Assembly (NCBI GenBank): GCA_003517965.1
Contig: DOZO01000041.1
Coordinates: 19,526-83,525 of the forward strand
Length of the DNA stretch: 64,000 nt
Origin: Desulfobulbaceae bacterium
GTDB lineage: Bacteria > Desulfobacterota > Desulfobulbia > Desulfobulbales > Desulfurivibrionaceae
Direction of reading: 5' to 3'
This document shows, piece by piece, positions 26,892 through 36,783 of this stretch. Both the position numbers and the translations under genes were made by a program. Numbering within the stretch: the first letter of the stretch is position 1; each line of letters starts with the position of its first letter. The notes beneath the pieces are model-generated. The model had not been told where the DNA came from. It saw nothing but the letters and a program-made list of their open reading frames with translations, and ran no database searches.

Positions 26892-27577
26892 TGCCGAAGA
26901 CGGTTCTTGTTGTAGCTGCCCATCCCGATGATGAAGTTCTTGGTTGTGGCGGCGCCATCGCCATGTTGGTTGACCAAGGCGTGATCGTCCATGTTGCTTT
27001 TCTGGCTGATGGGGTTTTTTCCCGTACTCCCGAGCCGGGCGCCCAGTCCGAGGAGGAGCTTCAATTACGTCGTGCGACAGCACAAAAAGCCAACAAAATT
27101 TTAGGCGTTAAATCTGTATCATTTGGTGACTTCCCTGATAACCGAATGGATACCGTAGCTCTGCTTGATATAGTAAAAAGCGTTGAAGTCCTAATTGCCA
27201 AGCACCAACCAGACACGATTTTTACGCACCATGCCGGTGATTTAAACATAGATCACCGTCGTACTCACGAGGCGGTAGTTACGGCTTGCCGCCCACGGCC
27301 TGGCCATCCAGTAAAAACTTTACTCTGCTTTGAAATACCTTCCAGCACCGAATGGCAGGTGCCAGGTTCCGCGCCATTTTTTGCTCCGAACTGGTTTGTG
27401 GATATCTCGGGAACCTTGGATCGAAAAATGGCGGCGCTCAATGCCTATGCCACTGAGTTATGTCCCTGGCCTCATCCGCGATCACTACAGGGTATTGAGC
27501 ATTTGGCCAGGTGGCGCGGTGCAGTTATAGGTGTCGAGGCTGCGGAGGCCTTCATTCTGGGGAGACACTTGTCGTGA
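26891..27577 (+). CDS. PIG-L/LmbE-family N-deacetylase
   Basis: VVAAHPDDEVLG.GG, D.N.DH, S.TEW, PN.FVDI, PHPRS, AEAF. Confidence 0.9.
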   Translation: MPKTVLVVAAHPDDEVLGCGGAIAMLVDQGVIVHVAFLADGVFSRTPEPGAQSEEELQLRRATAQKANKILGVKSVSFGDFPDNRMDTVALLDIVKSVEVLIAKHQPDTIFTHHAGDLNIDHRRTHEAVVTACRPRPGHPVKTLLCFEIPSSTEWQVPGSAPFFAPNWFVDISGTLDRKMAALNAYATELCPWPHPRSLQGIEHLARWRGAVIGVEAAEAFILGRHLS

Positions 27578-29766
27578 AGGTGGTTTTTCGCGTTGATGCC
27601 TCGAATCGCATGGGTACAGGTCACCTCATCCGCTGCCTCACCCTGGCCGAGGCTTTGCGTGATCGCGGCGCGGAAACGCGTTTCATCTGCCGGGCTCATT
27701 CTGGCAACCTGATCGGAATGCTGCAACGGCAAGCCATGCCAGTTATCGGTCTGCCGGCATCTGCGCAGCTCTCAAATGTATATTCCGAGGATTACGCCGC
27801 CTGGCTGGGGGTAACTCAGATTGAAGATGCTGAGCAGAGCATCGAAGCCCTGCAAGGTGATCATGTCGATGTGCTCATTGTTGATCACTATAGTCTCGAT
27901 ATTGATTGGGAGCAAAGGCTGCGCCCGCACACTGACAAAATCATGGTGATCGATGATCTTGTCAACCGACGGCATGACTGTGATCTGTTGTTAAATCAGA
28001 ATTATTCTGCTGAAAGGGAAGATCGTTCCAGGGGATTGGTACCAGAGATTTGTCGATTGTTGTTGGGGCCAAGCTATGCGTTGCTACGGCAGGAATATGC
28101 TGCCTATCGGCGGGTCCTACGCCAGCGGGATGGACTGGTACACCGGGTGTTGGTGTTTTTTGGTGGACCTGACCCCTATAATACTACCGGCCTGGCGCTG
28201 GAGGCGCTCTCCGCGCCTGAGTTCCGGCATTTGGAAGTCGATGTGGTTATTGGGGGCACTAATCCGCATCGTGTCGCGATTGAAAAACAAATATCCATGC
28301 GGCCACGCACCAAGCTGTATGGCCCACGACCGCATTTAGCGGATTTGATGGCTCAAGCTGATCTGGCGATTGGCGCTGGAGGAGCAACAACTTGGGAAAG
28401 AATGTGTTTTGGCCTCCCAAGCTTGGTCATTTCACTTTCAGAAAATCAACGACCAGCTTGTGAAGCGCTCGCCCAAGAGGGGTTGATTTATTATCTCGGA
28501 GAATTCAGTGAGGTTCAGGCCTCGGATCTGGGCTGTGCGCTTAAGGAATGTATTGAAAATCGCGAGCATCAGCTTGCTTGTTCAATTCGAAATCAGCTTT
28601 TGGCGGATGGACTCGGAACCCTACGACTTGCGGAGGTGCTCGACCCAACTCCGACCGCTCAGCTTCGTCTAAGGCTTGCCTGCCATGATGATATGAACCT
28701 TTATTTCAATTGGGCCAATGATCACGAAGTGCGTCGGCAAGCCATCCATTCAGAACCAATTTCTTGGGCGCGGCATCAAGAGTGGTTTACGAATAAGCTT
28801 GCTGATGCGCAGAGTCATCTTTTCACCCTCATGGCCGGATCATTGCCTGTCGGGCAAATCCGTTTTGATCAGGAAGGAGATGAGGCGCGCATCGACTATT
28901 CACTTGATGCCTTGGTACGAGGCCGAGGTTGGGCGACACGCCTGGTGGCAATGGGGGCGGCATATCTGCGGCAAAGCGCACCAATCACCCTTCGTGCTAA
29001 AGTCAAGGCTGGCAATTATGTCTCTCGATCTGTATTTATGCGTCATGGCTTTAAGCAGGCACCATTGCCTCTCTGTGGGGGGGGGGATATGTGCCGTTCT
29101 ATCGCCATCATGTCGGATCGCAACAGCTGGCTGAATGCTTATCTGCCTGAATTGATTCTCAACTGGCTTGATGAGGGTCACCGGGTATTATGGGCACATG
29201 ATATTGAAGATCTTCTCCATGCAGATTTCTGCTTTTATTTGAGTTGTGGACAGATAGTGCCACCTTCCATTTTGAAGCAGTACCTGCATAATTTAGTCGT
29301 TCACGAAAGCGACTTGCCGAGAGGTAAGGGCTGGTCGCCGTTAACTTGGCAAATTCTTGAGGACAAAAATCGAATCCCTGTCACCCTGTTGGAGGCCGCA
29401 GAAAGAGTGGATAGCGGCAGGGTCTATGCCCAGGAATGGCTGGAATTTGAAGGACATGAATTAATCGACGAAATGCGTGAAAGGCAGGCGAAGGCAACCA
29501 TCAAATTGTGTAAACTTTTCGTTGATGGCTACCCGAAGATTCTTGCTGAGGCGCGTGAACAGATTGGGGCAGAGAGTTTTTATCCACATCGGCAACCCGC
29601 GGACAGTCGTTTGACTCCCACCCAATCGATTAAAGCACAGTTTGATCTGTTTCGGGTAGTGGATAATCAACACTATCCTGCATTTTTCGATCTGAATGGT
29701 CAACGCTATTTTTTGCGGATCGATAAGGCACCGCTACCTTCTGGCGAGGAGAATATGCCGACATGA
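27574..29766 (+). CDS. pseG: PseG (UDP-sugar hydrolase) + GNAT (PseH-like) + formyltransferase-like triple fusion
   Basis: FRVDAS..MGTGH..RC.TLA, VDHY, IDD, GAGG.T.WER, NQ (PseG); W.ND..VR...H..WF, GQIRF, RGRG (GNAT); HESDLPRGKGWSP..WQI...VDSG (formyltransferase). Linker LCGGGDM is a G10 tract. Confidence 0.85.
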   Translation: MKVVFRVDASNRMGTGHLIRCLTLAEALRDRGAETRFICRAHSGNLIGMLQRQAMPVIGLPASAQLSNVYSEDYAAWLGVTQIEDAEQSIEALQGDHVDVLIVDHYSLDIDWEQRLRPHTDKIMVIDDLVNRRHDCDLLLNQNYSAEREDRSRGLVPEICRLLLGPSYALLRQEYAAYRRVLRQRDGLVHRVLVFFGGPDPYNTTGLALEALSAPEFRHLEVDVVIGGTNPHRVAIEKQISMRPRTKLYGPRPHLADLMAQADLAIGAGGATTWERMCFGLPSLVISLSENQRPACEALAQEGLIYYLGEFSEVQASDLGCALKECIENREHQLACSIRNQLLADGLGTLRLAEVLDPTPTAQLRLRLACHDDMNLYFNWANDHEVRRQAIHSEPISWARHQEWFTNKLADAQSHLFTLMAGSLPVGQIRFDQEGDEARIDYSLDALVRGRGWATRLVAMGAAYLRQSAPITLRAKVKAGNYVSRSVFMRHGFKQAPLPLCGGGDMCRSIAIMSDRNSWLNAYLPELILNWLDEGHRVLWAHDIEDLLHADFCFYLSCGQIVPPSILKQYLHNLVVHESDLPRGKGWSPLTWQILEDKNRIPVTLLEAAERVDSGRVYAQEWLEFEGHELIDEMRERQAKATIKLCKLFVDGYPKILAEAREQIGAESFYPHRQPADSRLTPTQSIKAQFDLFRVVDNQHYPAFFDLNGQRYFLRIDKAPLPSGEENMPT
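29077..29086 (+). repeat. G10 homopolymer, candidate phase-variation tract
   Basis: CTCTGT-G10-ATATG at the GNAT/formyltransferase domain boundary. Confidence 0.75.
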
Positions 29767-30707
29767 TGGCTGTCCTGTTTACTGGTGGAGGTGGGGCCGG
29801 AAATGAAGCTCTGTGGCGCTTGCTCGGACATCGCTACACGCTCCATTTCGGCGATGCCGACCCAAGGTCAATTGACCCGACGATTCCGGAAGATCGTCGG
29901 CATCAACTGCCGTGGGCTTCCGATCCAGATTTTCTCGGCAAGATGGTCGATTTGTGTCATCGCCTAAACATTGACCTGCTGGTTCCAGGCGTGGATGAGG
30001 AATTGCTCGCACTGGCGCAAGGTGTGGCTGCGCTGATGCCTACTCGCTTGCTTCTACCCCATGCGGACTACGTCAAAACGATGTTGGACAAACTGTCCAT
30101 GATCCGGGCTTTATCAGAAAAGAAAGTGCAAGTGCCGGCCAGCCGGACTTTGGCTGACGATCTTGATGGCCAAAGTTTTCCCTGCATTGCCAAGCCGCGA
30201 AGCGGTAGAGGGTCGCGGGACGTTCGGGTGTTGTCTTCCAGAGCGGAAGCATTGACACTTGGCGTGGCATTGGGGCATTCTGCAGGGATGACATTATTGC
30301 AGGAAAAAATCGAAGGCATCGAATATACAGTCCAGATGGTGGCCGATACCGAATGCCATTTGTGTGCTATCGTGCCGGTCAGAATCAACATCAAACGAGG
30401 GATCACTCTTCGTGCTGAAACCGAAGCGGAACCACGAGTTATCGATGCCTGTCGAGAAATACATCAAGCCGTTCCCACTGGTGGATGCTATAATATTCAA
30501 CTGATGTTGACCCAGGAAGGGGATGTTCTTCCTTTTGAGATCAATCCCCGGATCTCAACCACATTTTGTTTGTCCGTAGCGGCAGGCATCGATCCCATTT
30601 CTTTATTTTTTGATGGTTTCCATACTGACGAAATTTTACCATTCGCTTCTGGTATTCAGTTGCGCCGCCACTGGACAAACCATTTTTTGCAAGGCATTGA
30701 TTTGTAA
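29763..30707 (+). CDS. ATP-grasp domain protein
   Basis: TGGGG, P.VDEEL, DK, KPR.GRGSR, QE.I.G.EYTV, N.Q, FEINPR.S. Confidence 0.85.
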   Translation: MMAVLFTGGGGAGNEALWRLLGHRYTLHFGDADPRSIDPTIPEDRRHQLPWASDPDFLGKMVDLCHRLNIDLLVPGVDEELLALAQGVAALMPTRLLLPHADYVKTMLDKLSMIRALSEKKVQVPASRTLADDLDGQSFPCIAKPRSGRGSRDVRVLSSRAEALTLGVALGHSAGMTLLQEKIEGIEYTVQMVADTECHLCAIVPVRINIKRGITLRAETEAEPRVIDACREIHQAVPTGGCYNIQLMLTQEGDVLPFEINPRISTTFCLSVAAGIDPISLFFDGFHTDEILPFASGIQLRRHWTNHFLQGIDL

Positions 30708-30843
30708 AATTCGAGACACTCGACGAAGTGTTGCTTGACGCAAAAGTATAGGTTTCTTACACAGACTGCTCTATGGCAATCTCTATGAGATGTTTCATGT
30801 TTGCAACGCTTCTCAGTCGCAATTGGCTGGAAAAGGTGAATGG

Positions 30844-31896
30844 ATGTCTGCAACTAATGGACAAAACAGTATAAATATCGGCGATCGTGCCGTTGGTGAC
30901 GGACATCCCTGCTTCGTCATTGCCGAGATTGGTTCAAACCATAATCAGAATTTTGATTTGGCTCGTCGCCTAATCGATGCGGCTGCCCAAGCTGGTGTCG
31001 ATGCCGTAAAATTTCAAACATTCCGTGCAGTCAGTCATTATTCAAAAAAAACACCTGGTTTCGGTTATCTGAACAATATCAACACCCATGAATTGATTCG
31101 CTCGCTGGAATTGGATCGTTCATGGCAAGCCGATTTGATGCAACATGCGAAAGAACGTGGGGTCATATTCTTCTCGTCGCCGTGTGATTCCGATGCCATT
31201 GCCGGGCTTGCTGCGTTGGGAGCACCTGCCTACAAGGTGGCGTCCTTTGACCTGACGGATGACAGTCTGATTTTTGAAATGGCGGCAATTGGGAAACCGT
31301 TGCTGCTGTCCACTGGTATGGCGACCTGGAATGACATTCAATTTGCGCTCGATGCCGCACGAAGGGCAGGTAATGACCAGATTGTTCTGCTGCAATGCAC
31401 ATCGCTTTATCCCGCGCCTGTCAACCTGAGCAACTTGCGGGCCATGGCGTCCATGCGAGCATCTTTTGGAACTTTGGTCGGTTATTCTGACCACACGATG
31501 GGTGATCACATTGCTCTCGCCGCAGTTGCCATGGGGGGCTGCATAATTGAAAGGCATTTTACCCTCGACCGAACCCTGCCGGGACCGGATCACCCCTTTG
31601 CCATCGAGCCGCACGAGATGTCCGAGATGATGAGGAAAATTCGCGAAATCGAAGCCGCGTTCGGGGATGGCTTAAAGAACGGGCCGAGACAAGAAGAGGG
31701 CGAAATGGCAGAAAAAGGCCGTCGTAGTCTTCACGCACGCGTTCCCATCACCGCTGGCCAGACCGTTGCCTCCGATATGCTGGTAGCAAAACGACCTGGG
31801 ATAGGCATCCCGCCATTTCTGAAAGCTCACGTCGTTGGGCGTATTGCCCGGACGAACATTGATGCCGACCAATGGATCACCTGGGAAATGTTTTGA
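30844..31896 (+). CDS. NeuB/PseI/SpsE-family nonulosonate synthase #3
   Basis: FVIAEIGSNHN, DAVKFQTF, KVAS, LSTGMA, LLQCTS.YP, GYSDHT, IERHFTLDR...GPDH, RRSL, KRPG.GI. Confidence 0.9.
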   Translation: MSATNGQNSINIGDRAVGDGHPCFVIAEIGSNHNQNFDLARRLIDAAAQAGVDAVKFQTFRAVSHYSKKTPGFGYLNNINTHELIRSLELDRSWQADLMQHAKERGVIFFSSPCDSDAIAGLAALGAPAYKVASFDLTDDSLIFEMAAIGKPLLLSTGMATWNDIQFALDAARRAGNDQIVLLQCTSLYPAPVNLSNLRAMASMRASFGTLVGYSDHTMGDHIALAAVAMGGCIIERHFTLDRTLPGPDHPFAIEPHEMSEMMRKIREIEAAFGDGLKNGPRQEEGEMAEKGRRSLHARVPITAGQTVASDMLVAKRPGIGIPPFLKAHVVGRIARTNIDADQWITWEMF

Positions 31897-32750
31897 GTCA
31901 GATTCTCGTCACTGGCGCCACCGGTTTTCTGGGTGGGCAAATCCTCGACATGTTGAAGAACAAGGGTGTGAATGCCTTGGGCGTAGGTCGATCAAAACAA
32001 TGCGATGTGGTTTGCGATTTGCTTGACCGTAAAGCCACAGAGGCTATGCTTGCCCAGCATCCGGATAGCCGGATTATTCATTGTGCTGCGACGGTGCCTA
32101 AAGCCCATTCTGCCTATTTAGATGAAAAAGCGGCCGATGAGAGCCTGGAAATGATTCGTAATCTCGTAGATACAGGAGGGGTACGCCACATAATTTTCAC
32201 CTCGTCCATGACCGTTTATCCCGAAGGCACCATCCTTGCGCAAGAGACAGATGCAGCCCCAATCGGCTATGGCTATGCTGGCGCCAAATTAAAGGCGGAG
32301 CAAATCCTGTTGGAATGTACAGAAGTTTCAGCAACGATCTTGCGTCTTCCCGGTCTGTTTGGGTTGCCTCGCCGAGGGGGAGTGTTGTTCAATACGGCCT
32401 TGGCTCTGGCGCGAGGTGAAACCCCCATTTTGGAAGAACACCTTCCTCAATGGGCTGCCATGCATGTGGAAGATGCGGCTGAAATATGTATTCGCGCTGC
32501 ATCTTTATCCCCAAGACATTCGCTGGTTATGAATGCAGGATATCCTGAACGCATGGCCATTTCAGACGCAGTCACTCAGCTTGCGGCTCTGTTCGGAAGG
32601 GAATTGACCGTGCCGCCACCGAAGTGGTTTTCCTTTGATCTTTCTCGTTTGCACGAATTTCTTGGCCCTGTGCGCGGGGAATTAAGCGTTCGTCTTCGTG
32701 ATCTGGCGAACTGGGTGCGTATTGAGATATGTAATGGACGCTATGCTTGA
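31893..32750 (+). CDS. NAD-dependent epimerase/dehydratase
   Basis: ILVTGATGFLG, HCAA, FTSSMTVY, Y...K..AE, LRLPGLFG. Confidence 0.8.
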   Translation: MSQILVTGATGFLGGQILDMLKNKGVNALGVGRSKQCDVVCDLLDRKATEAMLAQHPDSRIIHCAATVPKAHSAYLDEKAADESLEMIRNLVDTGGVRHIIFTSSMTVYPEGTILAQETDAAPIGYGYAGAKLKAEQILLECTEVSATILRLPGLFGLPRRGGVLFNTALALARGETPILEEHLPQWAAMHVEDAAEICIRAASLSPRHSLVMNAGYPERMAISDAVTQLAALFGRELTVPPPKWFSFDLSRLHEFLGPVRGELSVRLRDLANWVRIEICNGRYA

Positions 32751-33504
32751 AACCTTAGAAGTGATTATGCAGGAAATGGGAAATCTGCTGTTAGAGTGGC
32801 GTTCACACGGCATGACGCATGGCCGCTGGGAAGGCTCGCAGTTGAAGGCGGAGGCCGACCAACGCGCCCATGCCTTTCTCTGCGAGCGTTTGCACCGTTT
32901 TTGGCCTGGTGTTCCTGTGATCAGCGAAGAGGATGCAAGCGCGCACGCTACAGACCGGCCCGATGAATATTGGCTGATCGACCCCATCGATGGGACCGCC
33001 AGCTTCTGCAACGGTTTCGATGGGTTTGTGACGCAAGCGGCTTTTATGCAGAGGTGTAACCCGATTGTTGCGATTGTGCATGCCCCAGCACTTGGTCTGA
33101 CTTATACTGCTTCAGAGCATGGGTTCGCCCAATGCAATCACACGCCAATTTCCACGACTTTATTTGGAATACGCGCTCCGCTCCTGATTGATAACTATCC
33201 AGAGCCGCGCGGGATAGCCCGGACGCTGCTCGATGGCATCGGTTGTGGCGGATATATTGAAAGCGGCAGTATAGGTCTCAAGATTTGTCGGGTTGCTGAT
33301 GGCACGGCCGATTTGTTTGTTAAGGATGTCACCGTGCGCGATTGGGATTTGGCCCCGGCCGATCTAATTCTTGCGCGTGCAGGTGGGATACTTACTACAC
33401 TTGCTGGTGACCTTGTGCCCTATGGCGGAGGATTTGAGAGGTTGGGGTTAATTGCTGCCGCTAACCTGGAGTTAAAGACGTTGACCTTGGAATTTGTTGG
33501 TTGA
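32743..33504 (+). CDS. Inositol monophosphatase / CysQ-family phosphatase
   Basis: AD, ISEE, WLIDPIDGT.SF, GS.GLK.C.VADG.AD, WDLAP. Confidence 0.85.
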   Translation: MLETLEVIMQEMGNLLLEWRSHGMTHGRWEGSQLKAEADQRAHAFLCERLHRFWPGVPVISEEDASAHATDRPDEYWLIDPIDGTASFCNGFDGFVTQAAFMQRCNPIVAIVHAPALGLTYTASEHGFAQCNHTPISTTLFGIRAPLLIDNYPEPRGIARTLLDGIGCGGYIESGSIGLKICRVADGTADLFVKDVTVRDWDLAPADLILARAGGILTTLAGDLVPYGGGFERLGLIAAANLELKTLTLEFVG

Positions 33505-34070
33505 TGCTGGAGACCCCTCTTATTATTCTTACTAAACGTTTTATTCTTAGGCCGCTTGATGAGGGAGATGTCACTATTCGTTATGTTGGCTGGTTTTGCG
33601 AGCAGGTGGTGCAGCAGTATATTAGCGCAGCCACAGCAAGTCCAGATATCGCTGCACTTCGGCAATTTGTGGTAGAGCGTAACGGGCGGGATGATGTAGT
33701 ATTTTTAGGAATTTTTGAGAAAAAGAATGGACTGCACATCGGAAATATTAAGTATGAGCCTGTTGACTCTGTCGCGGGGTATGCTATAGGGGGTATTTTA
33801 ATTGGCGATCCGCACTGGCGAGGTATGGGCGTTGCGGTTGAGGTACTTTGGGCAAGTGCTAACTGGCTGCATAAACATCGTAACATCCGGCAAATTGTTT
33901 TGGGCGTTGACCGTGCTAATACGGCGGCCATTAACGCTTATCGGAAGGTTGGTTTTATCGAGGAATCGACAGCGTTTATACCAACTGTATTGCCAGGGTG
34001 CCTGACAATGGTTTGGCATTTGACTTCATGTGAGGGTGCGAGCTCAATAAAACCAATCACCGGACGATGA
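33504..34070 (+). CDS. GNAT-family N-acyltransferase (RimJ/RimL-like)
   Basis: Y..W, HIGNIK, GILIGD..WRG.G, LGV...N.AAI.AY.KVGF. Confidence 0.8.
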   Translation: MLETPLIILTKRFILRPLDEGDVTIRYVGWFCEQVVQQYISAATASPDIAALRQFVVERNGRDDVVFLGIFEKKNGLHIGNIKYEPVDSVAGYAIGGILIGDPHWRGMGVAVEVLWASANWLHKHRNIRQIVLGVDRANTAAINAYRKVGFIEESTAFIPTVLPGCLTMVWHLTSCEGASSIKPITGR

Positions 34071-34132
34071 GGTGACCATATAAGTCCAAAGGCGGTCTAT
34101 GTTGTTCACGTTTTTGATAATTCGAGTTAATC

Positions 34133-35764
34133 TTGATCAATAAATTGGTTTCTTTCTTCCGTAAACTGCTGAAAAGGCGCCAATGTGCCAGGTTGCGCCA
34201 CGTCATGCGTGGCTATCAGATGTTGAAGAAATCTGGCAGTATTGACCGGATAGCGAGGGTTAAACAGGCGCTGACGGAACATTGCCTGGGTCGGGTAAGC
34301 CGGAATCTTTCGGGCACGGTTATGAGGCAGGGGGCCGGGTTTGGCGAAGCCGTGATCAGGCAATATCTGCTGGTGCGGATCGGGGGGCTCAATTTAAATA
34401 AGGCCCTGCTTGTCGCGCTTGGAAAGAAGAATGGCCGGGTCGTCTTTCCTCTGCCCAAGGAGTGGCGTGAGATTCTGACGCAACATGGCTTTAAGGTCGA
34501 GCACCTTAGATCAAGCCTGCTTTGGCAACTCTACGTCGGCACCATATTTTTTTATGGCATATTGCAAATTGGCAAGATCCTGCTGGCCGGGCTTTTCTCT
34601 CGGAACGACCTGTGGCCTTTACAAAAAAACCATGTTTTCTTTACCGATCTCGGGCCGGGGAACCTGCCCCAGCAGATCGAGGGCCGCAAAAGTCATGATG
34701 TGATTTCCTGGTATCTGCAGTGGTCAGGCAGAACAACGGGAATAGCATCTGTGCATCATACGGTTCGAAATGCGCAACCTGTTTGTGTGAGCGGGGTAGA
34801 TGTGTTGCCCACTGTGCGGGTGTTGCCCGATCTGATGGGGATGCGTGCGGTTATCAGTTATGCGCTTTGGGGTATGCGAGCTATTGCCATCGCGGCATTC
34901 GATTGCCTGTGCGGGCGATGGTGGCATGCGCTGCTGTTAAACCAGGCCGCGCTTGCTGCTCAGGTTCGCGCGTTGCCCGCCGGGGCTTTGGCGCAGGAAT
35001 ACCTGTTTCATAATTCCGGCTGGATCTACAGGCCTCTCTGGACTTATGAGGCACAACAGCGCGGGTCTGAGATCACCTTTTATTTCTATTCGACCAATTG
35101 TGAGAATTTCAAGAGACCGGAAGGCTACCCTCCTTTAGCCTATGGCTGGAAAGCCATGACCTGGCCACGATATCTGGTCTGGGACGAATATCAGGCCGAC
35201 TTTGTCCGTCGGGCTGTTGGGGCGCGGGCGCAGATCATCATCGTGGGGCCGATCTGGTTTCATAGCAGTGCTGCCGAGATGCCAAGATTAGACAGACCCG
35301 GCGTGGGGGTCTTTGATGTGACACCGCATCGAGCTTCGCGTTATTGCACTTTGGGGATGGATATGGAGTTTTATACTCCAGCGGTTGCCAATCCTTTTTT
35401 AGAACATGTCAGTGATGTCCTTAATAAATATCGGCTGTTAATGTTGTGGAAAAGAAAAAGGCAAATAGGGCGTTTGGCGCATCCCCATTATGGACATTTG
35501 GCGGATCGACTGGTAGAACGTAGCCATGTGCTGCTGGTTGATCCGGATATTTCCGCCATTCGTGTCATCGAGGCAAGTGTAGCCGTTGTTTCCATGCCTT
35601 TTACTTCAACTGCCTTGATTGCCAGAGAGATGGGAAAACCATCCATCTATTATGATCCAACCGGTTTGTTGCAGGGTGATGATCGAGCCGCACATGGAAT
35701 TCCTGTTTTGTCTGGGGTAGAAGAATTGGCCGCGTGGCTTTCCGCTCACGTAACAATCCAATAA
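34133..35764 (+). CDS. Polysaccharide biosynthesis 'PFTS-motif' protein (putative transferase)
   Basis: C-terminal SMPFTSTALIA...GKPSIYYDP, FYSTN, FDV.P. Family recognised from recall. Confidence 0.7.
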   Translation: MINKLVSFFRKLLKRRQCARLRHVMRGYQMLKKSGSIDRIARVKQALTEHCLGRVSRNLSGTVMRQGAGFGEAVIRQYLLVRIGGLNLNKALLVALGKKNGRVVFPLPKEWREILTQHGFKVEHLRSSLLWQLYVGTIFFYGILQIGKILLAGLFSRNDLWPLQKNHVFFTDLGPGNLPQQIEGRKSHDVISWYLQWSGRTTGIASVHHTVRNAQPVCVSGVDVLPTVRVLPDLMGMRAVISYALWGMRAIAIAAFDCLCGRWWHALLLNQAALAAQVRALPAGALAQEYLFHNSGWIYRPLWTYEAQQRGSEITFYFYSTNCENFKRPEGYPPLAYGWKAMTWPRYLVWDEYQADFVRRAVGARAQIIIVGPIWFHSSAAEMPRLDRPGVGVFDVTPHRASRYCTLGMDMEFYTPAVANPFLEHVSDVLNKYRLLMLWKRKRQIGRLAHPHYGHLADRLVERSHVLLVDPDISAIRVIEASVAVVSMPFTSTALIAREMGKPSIYYDPTGLLQGDDRAAHGIPVLSGVEELAAWLSAHVTIQ

Positions 35765-35798
35765 GCGCTTACGTTTCTTACATGATGGAGAGGTAATT

Positions 35799-36782
35799 AT
35801 GTCCAAAGCACTGATCACTACAGTCCCTTTTGGTGATAAAAACAGGTTGCCCCTTGAACTGCTCGAAGCTTCTGACATTGAGTATCTGATCAATCCCCTG
35901 GGACGCAAGCTCAAAGAAGAAGAACTGGCAGAGATGGTGTCTGACTTTGATGTGCTGATCGCCGGAACAGAACCGATTACCGATATGGTTATGAGTCGTG
36001 CTCCGCGTTTGAAATTGATCTCCCGCGTTGGCATAGGACTCGATAGCGTTGATTTATTAGCTGCCGAGCGACGCAATATCCTGGTGAGTTATACACCGGA
36101 TGCGCCTGCCCCGGCGGTGGCTGAGTTAACGGTTGGTCTGATGCTTACCTTGTTGCGTTCGGTGCATGTTGCGAATGCTCAGATGCATCGTGGCGAATGG
36201 CATCGTTATTTTGGCCGCCGCATTCCGGAAGTAACCATCGGCATCATCGGGGTTGGCAGAATTGGTGGACGTGTGTTGCGACGTTTGGCTGGATTTGGCA
36301 CTCCGCGCGTGCTGGTTAATGATATCCATCCAAATACGAAGGTGGTGCCTGAGTTTAAGCTTGAATGGGTTGATAAAGAGGAGATATATCGTCATGCTGA
36401 TATTATCAGCCTGCATCTGCCACTGACTGCGCAGACCAAAAATATGATTCGGCGCGAGCATCTGATGCTCATGAAACCGGATGCGATGATCATTAACACT
36501 TCACGCGGTGGAATTATCAATGAGCTGGATTTGGCCGAGGTTCTTAACGCCGGTCATTTAAGCGGGGCAGCTATTGATGTTTTTGAACATGAACCTTATA
36601 ACGGCGCGCTCGCACAGATAGATCGTTGCCTGCTTACTTCGCATATGGGTTCCATGTCCATTGATTGTCGTACGCGCATGGAGATCGAGGCTACCGAAGA
36701 GGTGGTGCGATTCTTGACCGGCCAGGCTTTACAGGGGGTTGTGCCTCCGGAAGAATATAATGTGCAAAGACAGGGCCTTTGA
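35799..36782 (+). CDS. Phosphoglycerate-dehydrogenase-like 2-hydroxyacid dehydrogenase
   Basis: NP.GRKL, IAGTE, ISRVG.GLDSVD, AVAEL, GIIG.GRIG, INTSRG, DVFE.EPY, H.GS. Confidence 0.88.
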   Translation: MSKALITTVPFGDKNRLPLELLEASDIEYLINPLGRKLKEEELAEMVSDFDVLIAGTEPITDMVMSRAPRLKLISRVGIGLDSVDLLAAERRNILVSYTPDAPAPAVAELTVGLMLTLLRSVHVANAQMHRGEWHRYFGRRIPEVTIGIIGVGRIGGRVLRRLAGFGTPRVLVNDIHPNTKVVPEFKLEWVDKEEIYRHADIISLHLPLTAQTKNMIRREHLMLMKPDAMIINTSRGGIINELDLAEVLNAGHLSGAAIDVFEHEPYNGALAQIDRCLLTSHMGSMSIDCRTRMEIEATEEVVRFLTGQALQGVVPPEEYNVQRQGL

Positions 36783-36783
36783 G

